A DNA stretch of 64,000 bases from an uncultured Chlamydiae bacterium (GTDB lineage Bacteria > Chlamydiota > Chlamydiia > Chlamydiales > Parachlamydiaceae), in NCBI GenBank assembly GCA_963754655.1, contig CAVWGN010000001.1, positions 992,001 to 1,056,000 on the forward strand, in the 5' to 3' direction. Below, piece after piece: positions 20,614-31,174 of this stretch (position 1 is the stretch's first letter; the number at the start of each line of letters is the position of its first letter). The position numbers and the translations under genes were made by a program. The notes under the pieces are model-generated. The model did not search any database and had not been told where the DNA came from. It saw nothing but the letters and a program-made list of their open reading frames with translations.

Positions 20614-21201
20614 TCATTTAAAGGGAAATGTTCCTTTGGCTATTATTTCTGTCAATGGCTTACGTGTAGAGGGAACTTCTCTTTTTTTCAGCTCTTCTGA
20701 AAGCTCTTCTTTATTTCCTTGTTTGCCAATGGCGATCATGGCTTCGACTGTAAAGGAATCAGGAATTTGCAAGTTTCTTTTCAAAGCATCATAATCAAAG
20801 CCCTCCATGCCATGCGCAACGATATTTCTGGCATGCGCTTCTAGCGCAAGGCTCATCCAAGCGGCTCCTGTATCAAAATGGGAAGTGTGTGCAGGTTTAT
20901 TATTATGCTCAAATTCATTTCTTGAAATAACGGCTACAAGTGTATCTGCTTTGCTGCACCAGCTTTTATTAAAATCAATGAGGACATTGAACAAAGTGTC
21001 CCATTCTTTTTCTCCTCTTCGGACGTAAACAAAACGCCAAGGCTGATTATTATAAGAAGAAGGAGCCCATCTTGCAGCTTCAAAAAGCGCCATGAGTTCA
21101 TCTTCTGTTAAGCGTTCTTCGCTAAATGCGCGAGAAGAAAAGCGTGATAATAAAATAGGCAAAATCGGATACAGACTTTCCCGATTTAAAAATTTTGTCA
21201 T
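20614..21201 (-). CDS. Nitroreductase family protein
   Basis: RFSSRAF, EAARWAPSSYNNQPWRF. Confidence 0.92.
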   Translation of the reverse strand: MTKFLNRESLYPILPILLSRFSSRAFSEERLTEDELMALFEAARWAPSSYNNQPWRFVYVRRGEKEWDTLFNVLIDFNKSWCSKADTLVAVISRNEFEHNNKPAHTSHFDTGAAWMSLALEAHARNIVAHGMEGFDYDALKRNLQIPDSFTVEAMIAIGKQGNKEELSEELKKREVPSTRKPLTEIIAKGTFPFK

Positions 21202-21618
21202 ACAATTTCCTCATCTTTTTAATCTAATTTCTTTTTTTGACTCATTAGTGGTCAATATAAGATTACCTTACCATTTAATGTAAAGGAGTACAACAACCTA
21301 AAACGTAGCGGTGTGGCAATTGCAGGCAGTGTATAGCCTAAATCTTCCTTTCTGGCTTCACATGTATAGGCCATTAACGTAGTTAAATGTTTTTCAGTCG
21401 GGGCCTGATCTTTATTGTTTTGATTAATATTGATAATGAATTTAATTAGATTAATATCTAAAAAATATAGTTTTTAATTTTAAATAATAAACCGAATATT
21501 TGTTTTTATCATGTCAAAAATTTTTGATTTTTTGCTTTGCTTCATATCTTGAGGAGATTATAAATCATCTTAATAACCAACTAAGAAAAAATGATATTTC
21601 TAATTTTAAGGAAAAGAA

Positions 21619-23286
21619 ATGGAAAAAGTGAATCCTCTGGCAGGAAAGCCTGCACCGCCGACCATTCTAGTCAATATTCCGAAACTTATCACAGCTTATT
21701 ATGAAGAAAAGCCAGACATTTCTGTACCCGAACAAAGAGTTAAGTTTGGAACTTCGGGCCACCGAGGATCTTCTTTTGAACGAAATTTTAATGAAAGTCA
21801 TATTTTGGCCATTAGTCAAGCCATCTGCGATTATCGTCAACAACAAAAGATTGAGGGACCGCTATTTTTGGGCATCGATACGCATGCGCTTTCTGTTTCT
21901 GCCTATGCAAGCGCCATAGAAGTTTTGGCAGCCAATGGAGTGGATGTCATGTTGGCTCAGGGAGATGAATATGTTCCTACTCCAGTGATCTCTCATGCTA
22001 TTCTTACTTATAACCGTGGACGCAAAAATAGATTGGCTGATGGTATCGTTGTGACTCCGTCACATAATCCTCCTGCTGAAGGAGGATTCAAATACAACCC
22101 TCCCAATGGAGGGCCTGCCGAGCCTCTCGTCACCAATTGGATTGAAGCAAAAGCAAATGAATACATTGGCAAAGGCTTATCAGGAATCAAGCGGATAACG
22201 TATGAAAAAGCGATTAATGCTCCGACAACTCATCGACACCCTTATTTAAAAAATTATATTGACGATCTTGTCAATGTCCTCGATATGCAATTGATTCGCG
22301 ATTCGAAAATTCAAATTGCAGTTGATCCGCTTGGGGGTGCAGGAGTGCATTATTGGAAACCAATTGCGGATAAGTATCAATTGAATTTGACGGTTATCAG
22401 CGATCGAATTGATCCAACCTTTAGCTTCATGACTGTTGATTGGGATGGCAAAATCCGCATGGATCCTTCCTCCCCTTATGCCATGAAAAGATTGATTAAT
22501 TTAAAAGATAAATATCAAGTGGCTTTTGCATGCGATACAGATCATGATCGTCATGGGATTGTGACTAAAACTTCTGGCTTGCTTCCACCTAATCACTACC
22601 TGTCAGCCGCCATCTTTTATTTGTTTCAGCATCGCCCTCATTGGCGAAAAGAAGCAGCAGTGGGAAAAACTTTGGTAAGCAGTCAAATGATTGATTTCGT
22701 CAGCGCAAAGCTTGGACGCAAGGTGTATGAAATTCCTGTTGGCTTTAAATGGTTTGTTGATGGCTTGATGGACGGATCACTTGCTTTTGTTGGCGAAGAA
22801 AGTGCAGGAGCTTCTTTTGTACGTTTTGATGGGAGCGTATGGACGACTGACAAAGATGGCATCATTGCGGCATTGCTTTCAGCTGAGATCACAGCGCGCA
22901 TGGGCAAAGATCCAGGAGAAATTTACAAAGATCTTACGAAAGAGTTTGGAGAATCTTTCTATGATCGTTTTGAATCTCCAGCGACAAAGGAGCAGAGGGA
23001 TATTATCAGGGATTTGACGCCGGCACAAGTGCATTTAAAGGATTTAGCTGGGGAAAAAATCAAAAGTGTTTTCAATCGCGCTCCTGGAAACAATCAGCCA
23101 ATTGGAGGAATAAAAGTTGTAGCAGAAACGGGATGGTTTGCAGCACGTCCTTCAGGAACTGAAGATATCTATCGCATTTATGTCGAAAGCTTTCGCGGAA
23201 AGGAACAGATGCAGCGTATCTTGGAGCAAGCTCAATCAGTCGTTAACGATGCTTTAAAAGAGACTGTATTGAGTCAACAAGTCTAA
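21619..23286 (+). CDS. pgm: Phosphoglucomutase
   Basis: FGTSGHRG, TPSHNPP, DTDHDRH, GEESAG, RPSGTE. Confidence 0.95.
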   Translation: MEKVNPLAGKPAPPTILVNIPKLITAYYEEKPDISVPEQRVKFGTSGHRGSSFERNFNESHILAISQAICDYRQQQKIEGPLFLGIDTHALSVSAYASAIEVLAANGVDVMLAQGDEYVPTPVISHAILTYNRGRKNRLADGIVVTPSHNPPAEGGFKYNPPNGGPAEPLVTNWIEAKANEYIGKGLSGIKRITYEKAINAPTTHRHPYLKNYIDDLVNVLDMQLIRDSKIQIAVDPLGGAGVHYWKPIADKYQLNLTVISDRIDPTFSFMTVDWDGKIRMDPSSPYAMKRLINLKDKYQVAFACDTDHDRHGIVTKTSGLLPPNHYLSAAIFYLFQHRPHWRKEAAVGKTLVSSQMIDFVSAKLGRKVYEIPVGFKWFVDGLMDGSLAFVGEESAGASFVRFDGSVWTTDKDGIIAALLSAEITARMGKDPGEIYKDLTKEFGESFYDRFESPATKEQRDIIRDLTPAQVHLKDLAGEKIKSVFNRAPGNNQPIGGIKVVAETGWFAARPSGTEDIYRIYVESFRGKEQMQRILEQAQSVVNDALKETVLSQQV

Positions 23287-23306
23287 AATAAGGGAGGCAG
23301 GAAACA

Positions 23307-25853
23307 ATGGCAAATCAATCTGTTCATAAGCAATCGATTAATTCTTATAATCGATCTGACATCAATGGTTATGCCTCTTTAGAAGAACTGGCTTTGGACA
23401 TGCACTGGTCATGGAACCATGGGGCTGATCAAATGTGGCATCGTTTGGATCCTGCTTTATGGGAATTAACACATAATCCTTGGGTTGTCTTGCAAACAGT
23501 TTCAAAAGAAAAATTAGAAGCTATTTTAGCCGATCCCGAATTTAAGCAAGTTGTCGATGACCTTGTTCAAAGCAAGCGAAACTTAGATCAAACTGAAACT
23601 TGGTTTCAAAAAAATCACTCTCAAAGTCCTCTTTCCCATGTTGCCTATTTCAGTATGGAATACATGTTGAGTGAAGCACTCCCTATCTATTCAGGAGGCC
23701 TCGGCAATGTAGCAGGTGACCAACTTAAAGCAGCCAGCGATCTTGGCGTGCCTGTCATTGCAATCGGATTGCTTTATCAACAAGGCTATTTTCGTCAAAT
23801 AATCGATAAAGAGGGTGTCCAACAAGCTCTTTATCCCTATAATGACCCCGGACAATTGCCGATTATGCCCTTGCGTAAACCAAATGGCGAATGGTTGCGT
23901 TTAGAGATTACTTTTCCTGGTTGGTCGATTTGGATTCGGACCTGGCAAGTGAAAGTAGGCCGAGTGAGGCTTCTACTGCTTGATAGCAATGATGCCGCTA
24001 ACTTTCCCGTTTACCGTGCCATTACAAGCGAATTATATGGCGGTGGACCAGAACTGCGCTTTCAACAAGAAATGTTATTAGGTGTCGGAGGTTGGCGCTT
24101 GCTGGAAGCGCTAGACATTAAACCCGAAGTTTGCCACTTGAATGAGGGGCATGCTGCATTTGCCATTTTAGAAAGAACAAAAAGTTTTATGCACGAAACA
24201 GGATTACCCTTTCATGCTGCTCTTGCAGCTACAAGGGCAGGCAATGTATTTACCACTCATACAGCAGTACCTGCTGGCTTTGATCGCTTTTCTCCCGGCC
24301 TCATTGAAAAATATCTTAGCAAATATGCAGATAAACTTGGAATCAGCCTATATGATTTATTGGCTCTTGGAAGACAAAATCCAGAGGATGCCGCCGAGCC
24401 ATTTAATATGGCCTATTTAGCTATTCGTGGCAGCGGAGCGGTCAATGGAGTCAGTCGTCTTCATGGACAAGTGAGCCGCAAAATTTTTGAGCCGCTCTTT
24501 CCGCGATGGCCTGAAGACGAATTGCCAGTTGGGCATATTACCAATGGAGTGCACGTGCCCAGTTGGGACTCTGTGCCTTCAGATAATCTTTGGACAGAAA
24601 TGTGCGGTAAGGATCGCTGGCGATGGATTGTTGATTTTGTTGAAACGGATATTGAACGCATGACAGATGTTAAATTATGGAAAATGCGTAGCGATTCCCG
24701 CAAGATATTGATTGAATATACACGCAAAAGGTTGTCGCGCCAATTGGCTGCTCGCGGATTGCCTTTAGATGAAGTTGAGAAGGTTAAGAATATTTTTGAT
24801 GAAAATACATTGACTTTGGGTTTTGCGCGGCGCTTTGCCACTTACAAAAGGCCAAATATGTTGCTCCATGATCCTGAACGACTGCTACGTATTTTAACTA
24901 ATCCCAAGTTTCCTGTACAACTTATCTTAGCCGGCAAAGCACATCCTGCAGATCAACCTGGACAAGCTCTAATTAAAGAATGGATGCATTTTATCAATAC
25001 TCAACCTGAAGCACGAGCACATGTCATTTTTCTGGCCGATTACGATATGCTTCTGACCGAGAAAATGGTACAAGGAGTCGATTTGTGGATTAACACTCCA
25101 AGAAGACCTTGGGAGGCTTGCGGAACAAGCGGAATGAAGGTGCTTGTCAATGGGGGCTTAAATTTATCTGAACTTGATGGGTGGTGGGCTGAGGCTTATT
25201 CCCCAGATGTTGGCTGGGCGATTGGAGATGGTAAAGAGCATGGCAATGATCCTTCTTGGGATGCTGCCGAAGCTAATGATTTATATCACATTCTTGAGCA
25301 GGAAGTGATTCCGACTTTTTATCAGCGCGATCAAGAAGGGATTTCACCGGGCTGGATTGCCAAAATGAGAGCTAGCATGGCACGCTTGACTCCCTATTTT
25401 TCAGCTAACCGTACTGTTCGCGATTACACCGTCCATTATTATCTGCCAGCGGCAAAAAATTTTAGCGAAAGAGCGGTAGAAAAAGGCGTACAAGGAACAT
25501 CTATTGTCAATTGGAAACAAGCTTTAGCGCAAAATTGGGCTAAGCTGCGTTTTAGTGAAGTAAGGGTCGAAACTCAAGGGGAGCAATATGCATTTAATGC
25601 ACAAGTTTACCTCAATGGCTTAGATCCTGGCGCTATAAAGTTAGAAATTTATGCTCATGGAGAAAATGGTAAAGAAGGGATTCGGCAGGAAATGAGCTTG
25701 ATTCGTCAACTTTCAGGCGAGCCCAATCTCTATGTCTATCAAGCATCGGTGCCAGCCACTATTTCAGAGCAAGCTTATACTGTGCGCATGGTTCCGTTTT
25801 TTCCAGGCGTGGCAGTCCCCTTAGAAGAAGGACATATTTTGTGGCAAAAATGA
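23307..25853 (+). CDS. glgP: Alpha-glucan (glycogen) phosphorylase
   Basis: YSGGLG, HLNEGH, FARRFATYKR, EACGTSGMK (PLP lysine). Confidence 0.95.
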   Translation: MANQSVHKQSINSYNRSDINGYASLEELALDMHWSWNHGADQMWHRLDPALWELTHNPWVVLQTVSKEKLEAILADPEFKQVVDDLVQSKRNLDQTETWFQKNHSQSPLSHVAYFSMEYMLSEALPIYSGGLGNVAGDQLKAASDLGVPVIAIGLLYQQGYFRQIIDKEGVQQALYPYNDPGQLPIMPLRKPNGEWLRLEITFPGWSIWIRTWQVKVGRVRLLLLDSNDAANFPVYRAITSELYGGGPELRFQQEMLLGVGGWRLLEALDIKPEVCHLNEGHAAFAILERTKSFMHETGLPFHAALAATRAGNVFTTHTAVPAGFDRFSPGLIEKYLSKYADKLGISLYDLLALGRQNPEDAAEPFNMAYLAIRGSGAVNGVSRLHGQVSRKIFEPLFPRWPEDELPVGHITNGVHVPSWDSVPSDNLWTEMCGKDRWRWIVDFVETDIERMTDVKLWKMRSDSRKILIEYTRKRLSRQLAARGLPLDEVEKVKNIFDENTLTLGFARRFATYKRPNMLLHDPERLLRILTNPKFPVQLILAGKAHPADQPGQALIKEWMHFINTQPEARAHVIFLADYDMLLTEKMVQGVDLWINTPRRPWEACGTSGMKVLVNGGLNLSELDGWWAEAYSPDVGWAIGDGKEHGNDPSWDAAEANDLYHILEQEVIPTFYQRDQEGISPGWIAKMRASMARLTPYFSANRTVRDYTVHYYLPAAKNFSERAVEKGVQGTSIVNWKQALAQNWAKLRFSEVRVETQGEQYAFNAQVYLNGLDPGAIKLEIYAHGENGKEGIRQEMSLIRQLSGEPNLYVYQASVPATISEQAYTVRMVPFFPGVAVPLEEGHILWQK

Positions 25854-25901
25854 TGATTAAGCGCTTAAGCAAGTCTTTATCAATTTGAAAATACGTCTTG
25901 T

Positions 25902-26777
25902 TTAATGAGGTGCCAACGATTCTAATTGGGCAAATTCTTTGTCACTAAGCTCTAATAAGGCGGCAGCAGTATTTTCTTCAAGATGAGTAAGAGAGGATGT
26001 GCCGGGAATAGGAAGCATGACAGGCGAGCGCTTGAGCAGCCATGCAAGCGCAATTTGCGCAGGTGTTGCTCCCTTCGCTTTGGCGATGGCTTCGAGCAGA
26101 CTACCAGGATGTGCAAGCTCTCCGTTTGCAATGGGGAACCATGGAATAAAAGCCAATCCTTGTTTTTCACAGTATTGCAACACTTTTTCAGATTGACGGT
26201 TGCTGAGATTATAGAGATTTTGAACTGAAACAATATCGACAATTTTATTCGCTTGTTGAATTTGCTCTTCTGAGACTTCGGATAACCCAATATAGCGAAT
26301 CTTGCCTTGTTGCTGCATCTTCTTAAGTGCTTCTAATGACTCTTCAGCTGGCACTTTCGGATCGATGCGATGAAGTTGATAGAGAGGAATACAATCCATC
26401 TTCAAGCGTCTAAGACTCATTTCAACACATTGAATTAAATATTCGGCACGGCCGACAGGAGTCCATAATTCTGGTCCTTGGCGTGTCAGGCCTCCTTTGG
26501 TAGCAATGACAAGATCGGAAGGATAAGGGTAAAGAGCTTCTGCAATGAGATTTTCGGATACTTCAGGTCCATAAGCGTCGGCAGTATCAATGAAATTAAC
26601 ACCAAGTTCAAGAGCACGCCGCAAAATTGTTTTTGCTTCTTGGGGATTTTTCGGATTGCCCCAAATGCCCGGGCCTGTGAGGCGCATGGCTCCAAACCCT
26701 AAACGATGGACGGGGAGATCTCCGCCAATATGGAATGTCCCAGACTGACTTGCATGAGTGGTAATTGGCTTAACCAT
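25902..26777 (-). CDS. Aldo/keto reductase
   Basis: LGFGAM, IDTADAYG, IATKGG, LHRID, PIPGT. Confidence 0.93.
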   Translation of the reverse strand: MVKPITTHASQSGTFHIGGDLPVHRLGFGAMRLTGPGIWGNPKNPQEAKTILRRALELGVNFIDTADAYGPEVSENLIAEALYPYPSDLVIATKGGLTRQGPELWTPVGRAEYLIQCVEMSLRRLKMDCIPLYQLHRIDPKVPAEESLEALKKMQQQGKIRYIGLSEVSEEQIQQANKIVDIVSVQNLYNLSNRQSEKVLQYCEKQGLAFIPWFPIANGELAHPGSLLEAIAKAKGATPAQIALAWLLKRSPVMLPIPGTSSLTHLEENTAAALLELSDKEFAQLESLAPH

Positions 26778-26897
26778 AGATCGTTCCTTCTATATTGAGA
26801 TTGAAACAAAGAAGATTTCTATATATTGGCAAGTTAATTTATTTTCTCATTAACCAAAAGATAAAAATAAAGTCATGTTTTTCATTCATGAAATTGT

Positions 26898-27299
26898 TCA
26901 TTCATGAGATTGAGTGGATTCACGATCAATGCTTAAAGGTCCAGAGCCAAAGTAAGCGATTAAAAGAGCGCCTCCTAGCATGGAGAGATTTTTTAAGAAC
27001 ATAATTTTTTGCAGCATGGCTGCCTGGGGATCCTCAATGCCCCAGAATTGATGCATCATCAATGTGGTAGGGACAAGGAAGATCACGATCAGCCAAGCTC
27101 CATATCGCGCTTTGTAGCCTAACACAATGCTTAAGCTTCCGAGAAAGGCAATGATTCCTGAAAGAGGTACAAGGAGTGAAGGAAGGGGGACGCCTTGACT
27201 GGCGGCATATTGAATTGTTTGTTGAGAAAAATGAGTCAAGGCAGACAGGATAAAAATGGCTGAAAAAAGAATCCTTCCTAATAAAGTCAGGCATTTCAT
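26898..27299 (-). CDS. DoxX family membrane protein
   Basis: LGRILFSAIF...H.FW...FLKNLSMLGGALL. Confidence 0.9.
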   Translation of the reverse strand: MKCLTLLGRILFSAIFILSALTHFSQQTIQYAASQGVPLPSLLVPLSGIIAFLGSLSIVLGYKARYGAWLIVIFLVPTTLMMHQFWGIEDPQAAMLQKIMFLKNLSMLGGALLIAYFGSGPLSIDRESTQSHE

Positions 27300-27322
27300 G
27301 ATTGATTCCTTTATCTGATCAA

Positions 27323-27958
27323 TTAAGGGATAAGATCAGTGGGTTGAATGGAAATTTTGCTCTGGCCAGTCAATTTTTCATAAACTGTTGCCAGGGCAAT
27401 TAAGGTGACGGGAGCTGAAATTAAAATCCCTACACCAAAACATAATAGGCCTAATAAATCCAAACCAGCACAAGCAAGAAAAAGCAATAAGATATGCCAA
27501 CGCCTACCTTTGGAGGCTACCGCGGCTGCTTTAAGCGACTCTATGGGACCTAATCCCTTGTCTAAAATAAAAAAAGGATAAAATCCTAAAGTTGCCCATA
27601 GATATAACCCAGGCGCAATTAAAAAAATGAGTCCAATCAAAAAGAAGATACCAAAAACAAAACTCGCAATAATCCAAGAAAGCAATAGGCGCCAATTTTT
27701 ATAAAATTGATCAAAACTGGGTTTTAGACCTCTTGTTAACAAGAGCGTAGAGTTATAAAACCCCATTTTACCCAAGACAACGATGAGCCAACCAATAAAA
27801 TGAATGGGAGCTTGCCTCCAATCGTGCTCCGATTGACTAAACAACCAGATGACAAAAAATAAAATGACTTGATAGAGAACAAGGAAGGTGATATTGGCTT
27901 TTGTCAGCTCCCATCCTTCTCTAATTGCTCCGCTAATGGTAAAAGAATGTTGAGTCAT
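27323..27958 (-). CDS. Integral membrane protein (DUF975/YciC-like)
   Basis: Multiple hydrophobic segments; GLIFLIAPG, PIESLK. Confidence 0.65.
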   Translation of the reverse strand: MTQHSFTISGAIREGWELTKANITFLVLYQVILFFVIWLFSQSEHDWRQAPIHFIGWLIVVLGKMGFYNSTLLLTRGLKPSFDQFYKNWRLLLSWIIASFVFGIFFLIGLIFLIAPGLYLWATLGFYPFFILDKGLGPIESLKAAAVASKGRRWHILLLFLACAGLDLLGLLCFGVGILISAPVTLIALATVYEKLTGQSKISIQPTDLIP

Positions 27959-28084
27959 AAGCGCTCCCGGTTAATGAATATTTAAATAGCTTAAGTATAA
28001 ATAAAAGACAAGTCACCAATCAGAATTGGAATTTAATGTCATTTGGAATAAGATAGTCTGGATTAAAATAAACAGTTAAAACAA

Positions 28085-29686
28085 ATGCATGACATTCTAA
28101 TTCTTCTATTTTTATTTATTTGTGGAATTCATTTATCGGCTTGCGAGGAGGATTGTCAAGCCTTATCCAAGGAATGTGTTTCTTTTACCAATTCTTCTGT
28201 TCATGCTCAAAGCATTTCTCCTTGTGTTTTTGTTGTATTTGGAGCAACAGGAGATTTAACTGCGCGCAAATTGCTTCCTGCTATTTACAACTTAGCTTAT
28301 GAGGGATCCCTATCTGAATTCGCTTTGGTTGGGTTTGCCCGTGGTGAAAATACACATGAGGGCTTTCGTAAAAAAATGGAAGAAGCACTCAATCAATTTT
28401 CTCGCACAAAACCCGTAGATCCCGTTTTTTGGAATCATTTTAAGAGTAAAGTTTTCTACCATCGATCTGAATTTGAAAATGACGCGGGATATGAAAGTTT
28501 AAAATTTTTTTTAACGCAACTCGATCAAAAATTCGGCACACAAGGCAATCGCATCTTTTATTTAGCTACTCAGCCCAGTTATTTTCCTAAGATCATAGCC
28601 AAACTAAAAGAGCATGGACTAATTGATGAGATCAATAGCCATTCACAGGCATGGTCACGAGTCATGATTGAAAAACCTTTTGGCTATGACTTAGAGTCGG
28701 CTCTGCAGTTACAAAAACAAATTTCCCAATTTCTTGATGAAAGTCAAATCTATCGCATTGACCATTATCTTGGAAAAGAAGGTGTGCAAAATTTAATGGC
28801 ATTGCGATTTGAAAATAGGATTTTTGAACCTATTTGGAATTGTCAGGAGATCGATAACATTCAAATTACACTTGCTGAAGAGATTGGCATAGGTTCACGC
28901 GCTCGCTTTTGGGAAGAGACGGGGACATTGCGCGACGTGTTTCAAAATCATTTGATGCAGCTTCTAGCACTCATTGCCATGGAATTACCCATTGATTTTA
29001 ACTCGGATAGTATTCATAGGGAAAAAATTCGAGTGTTAGAAGCGATTCGTCCTTTTCCTGTTTTAGAAATAAAAAAATATGTCATCCGGGGGCAATATGG
29101 TCCAGGATGGATCAAAGATTCGAGAGTACTGGGGTACAGAGAAGAAAAAGGAGTGTCAACTACCTCAACAGTAGAAACGTTTGCTGCACTAAAATTGTTC
29201 ATTGACAATGACCGTTGGAAAGGAGTTCCCTTTTATATTAGAGGTGGAAAACGGCTTCCTAAACAAACGACCGAAATTGCCATTACGTTTAAGCAACCTT
29301 TTGTCTTTCAAGATCAATATTCCCATGTTCTTTTTATTCGCATTCAACCCAATGCTGGCATTTTTCTCAAAACCAAGTCAAAAGTTTTAGGACTTTACAA
29401 TGATTTACAGCCCCTGGTATTCGGCTATCAGCCTGATGGAGCTTTTGGTCAATCTTCCCCAGAAGCCTACGAGAGAATAATTTTCGACTGTATCAGGGGC
29501 GATGATAGTTTATTTGTAAAAATTGAAGAGCAAATGGCAGCTTGGCGTTTGCTAACGCCTGTTTTAAATGATTGGAAAAAGCATGTTCCTCATGATTTTC
29601 CCAATTATGAGGCTGGAACATGGGGGCCAAAAGCTGCTGATCACATGCTCAATCTAGGACAGCAATGGCAACTTTTAGAAAAGTAA
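28085..29686 (+). CDS. zwf: Glucose-6-phosphate 1-dehydrogenase with N-terminal extension
   Basis: FGATGDL, IEKPFG, RIDHYLGKE, QNHL. Confidence 0.95.
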   Translation: MHDILILLFLFICGIHLSACEEDCQALSKECVSFTNSSVHAQSISPCVFVVFGATGDLTARKLLPAIYNLAYEGSLSEFALVGFARGENTHEGFRKKMEEALNQFSRTKPVDPVFWNHFKSKVFYHRSEFENDAGYESLKFFLTQLDQKFGTQGNRIFYLATQPSYFPKIIAKLKEHGLIDEINSHSQAWSRVMIEKPFGYDLESALQLQKQISQFLDESQIYRIDHYLGKEGVQNLMALRFENRIFEPIWNCQEIDNIQITLAEEIGIGSRARFWEETGTLRDVFQNHLMQLLALIAMELPIDFNSDSIHREKIRVLEAIRPFPVLEIKKYVIRGQYGPGWIKDSRVLGYREEKGVSTTSTVETFAALKLFIDNDRWKGVPFYIRGGKRLPKQTTEIAITFKQPFVFQDQYSHVLFIRIQPNAGIFLKTKSKVLGLYNDLQPLVFGYQPDGAFGQSSPEAYERIIFDCIRGDDSLFVKIEEQMAAWRLLTPVLNDWKKHVPHDFPNYEAGTWGPKAADHMLNLGQQWQLLEK

Positions 29687-29729
29687 GAAAGTATTAAAGA
29701 ATGATTTGATGGAGTTTACGGAAATAAAG

Positions 29730-29936
29730 CTAATTTTTTTTGTTTGGATCAATTGGGCAACTCTTTTTGCCTAATAGTTGGTAAACAATACACCAACCCC
29801 TAAAAGCTTCAAAAAAGGTAAAAAGAGAGATAAGCAGCGCAATCCAACTTTTTTGCCAAATGGCCAAGATTAAAATGAGGATGGCGATGACTAATCGAAG
29901 AATTCTTCCTGAGGTTCCAATATTTTTCTCGAACAT
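29730..29936 (-). CDS. DUF2892 (YgaP-like) small membrane protein
   Basis: KNIG...RILR...GWC.VY.LLG.SCP. Confidence 0.8.
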   Translation of the reverse strand: MFEKNIGTSGRILRLVIAILILILAIWQKSWIALLISLFTFFEAFRGWCIVYQLLGKKSCPIDPNKKN

Positions 29937-30117
29937 GTTTAATCCTTTAGCTTTCTCATAAAATCCATTGTCGTTTATATCTTTTTTCCCTATTTTTTTG
30001 TGTCTTGAATTTTATGGATGAAAATTCCTGTACTTTCAATTTACATCTAAATAAAACTCAATTTCGATCATACGCGAAATAAAATCAATGAGGAAAAACT
30101 ACAAGTAGGATAATGAA

Positions 30118-31011
30118 ATGGACCGCAAATACAAGCAAAATTTTATCCAAGCGGGAGCACTTGCCAAGCAAGTTCGCGCTTATGGAAAATCTTTGATCCA
30201 GAAAGGGGCTTCTTACATAGATGTGATAACCAGAATCAATCAAAAGATTGCAGAACTTGGTGCTCGGCCTGCTTTTCCTCCTCAATTGGCCTTGAATGAA
30301 GTGGCAGCTCATTTTCTGCCCTTGCCTGGAGAAGATATTATTTTTTCCGATCAAATTGTTAAATTGGATATTGGTGTTTGTTATCAGGGTGCAATAGGGG
30401 ACTGTGCTGTAACTGTTGACTTATCAGGCAAGTATCAAGCGCTCATTGATGCTGCCGAGGCCGCTCTTTTAAAAGCAGAACAAAACCTAAGAGTCGGACA
30501 ACCTGTACGCGAAATTGGCAAAATCATTGAAGAGACGATTTCTTCCTATGGTCTCAAGCCTATTAAAAATCTTTCAGGGCATGGTTTGGGAGAATATAAG
30601 ATTCACATGGCGCCCATCATTCCTAATTATGAAGATCACTCTCAGGCGATCATTAAACCAGGGATGACATTTGCCATTGAACCCTTTGTCACAAATGGCG
30701 CAGGCTTAATTTATGAAGGGGGAACACCCACTATTTTTGGTTTAGCTGCAACCCGTCCGCTTCAATCCACTCTTGCACGTTCGCTTTTGGCTAAAATTAG
30801 AACATTTAGCGGACTTCCCTTTGCCATTCATGACCTTATCAGCAAGGAGTGGCCTATTTCGGAAGTGAAAACAGGTTTGGATGAATTGATAAAAGCTGGA
30901 GTTGTGATTGGCTATGCTCCCTTGATCGAACAAGGACATGGAATGGTTGCACAAGCGGAAAATTCTGTTCTCGTCGATGAAAATGGAAAAATTTGGATTA
31001 CGACGCGATAG
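30118..31011 (+). CDS. map: Methionine aminopeptidase, type II
   Basis: AAH, KLDIG, GDCAVT, GHG, AIEPF plus the helical insert (GLPFAIHDL...YAPLIE) typical of type II. Confidence 0.88.
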   Translation: MDRKYKQNFIQAGALAKQVRAYGKSLIQKGASYIDVITRINQKIAELGARPAFPPQLALNEVAAHFLPLPGEDIIFSDQIVKLDIGVCYQGAIGDCAVTVDLSGKYQALIDAAEAALLKAEQNLRVGQPVREIGKIIEETISSYGLKPIKNLSGHGLGEYKIHMAPIIPNYEDHSQAIIKPGMTFAIEPFVTNGAGLIYEGGTPTIFGLAATRPLQSTLARSLLAKIRTFSGLPFAIHDLISKEWPISEVKTGLDELIKAGVVIGYAPLIEQGHGMVAQAENSVLVDENGKIWITTR

Positions 31012-31174
31012 AAAGATGTGAGCCTGTCTCTAAATAAGAATAAATTACAATAAAAATTATTTTAAAAGATGGTTGTGTAATTAAGGATGGTCATTATCAA
31101 ATCAGTGATTTGCGCGAAGTTTTGAAAGAAGTTAGAGTGGACATAGTGATGAATGGTAGCTATGCAACTACATC

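Noticed and set aside
21701..27294. Short ORFs overlapping pgm, glgP, AKR and DoxX
   Set aside because: Shadow frames of well-supported genes with no motifs
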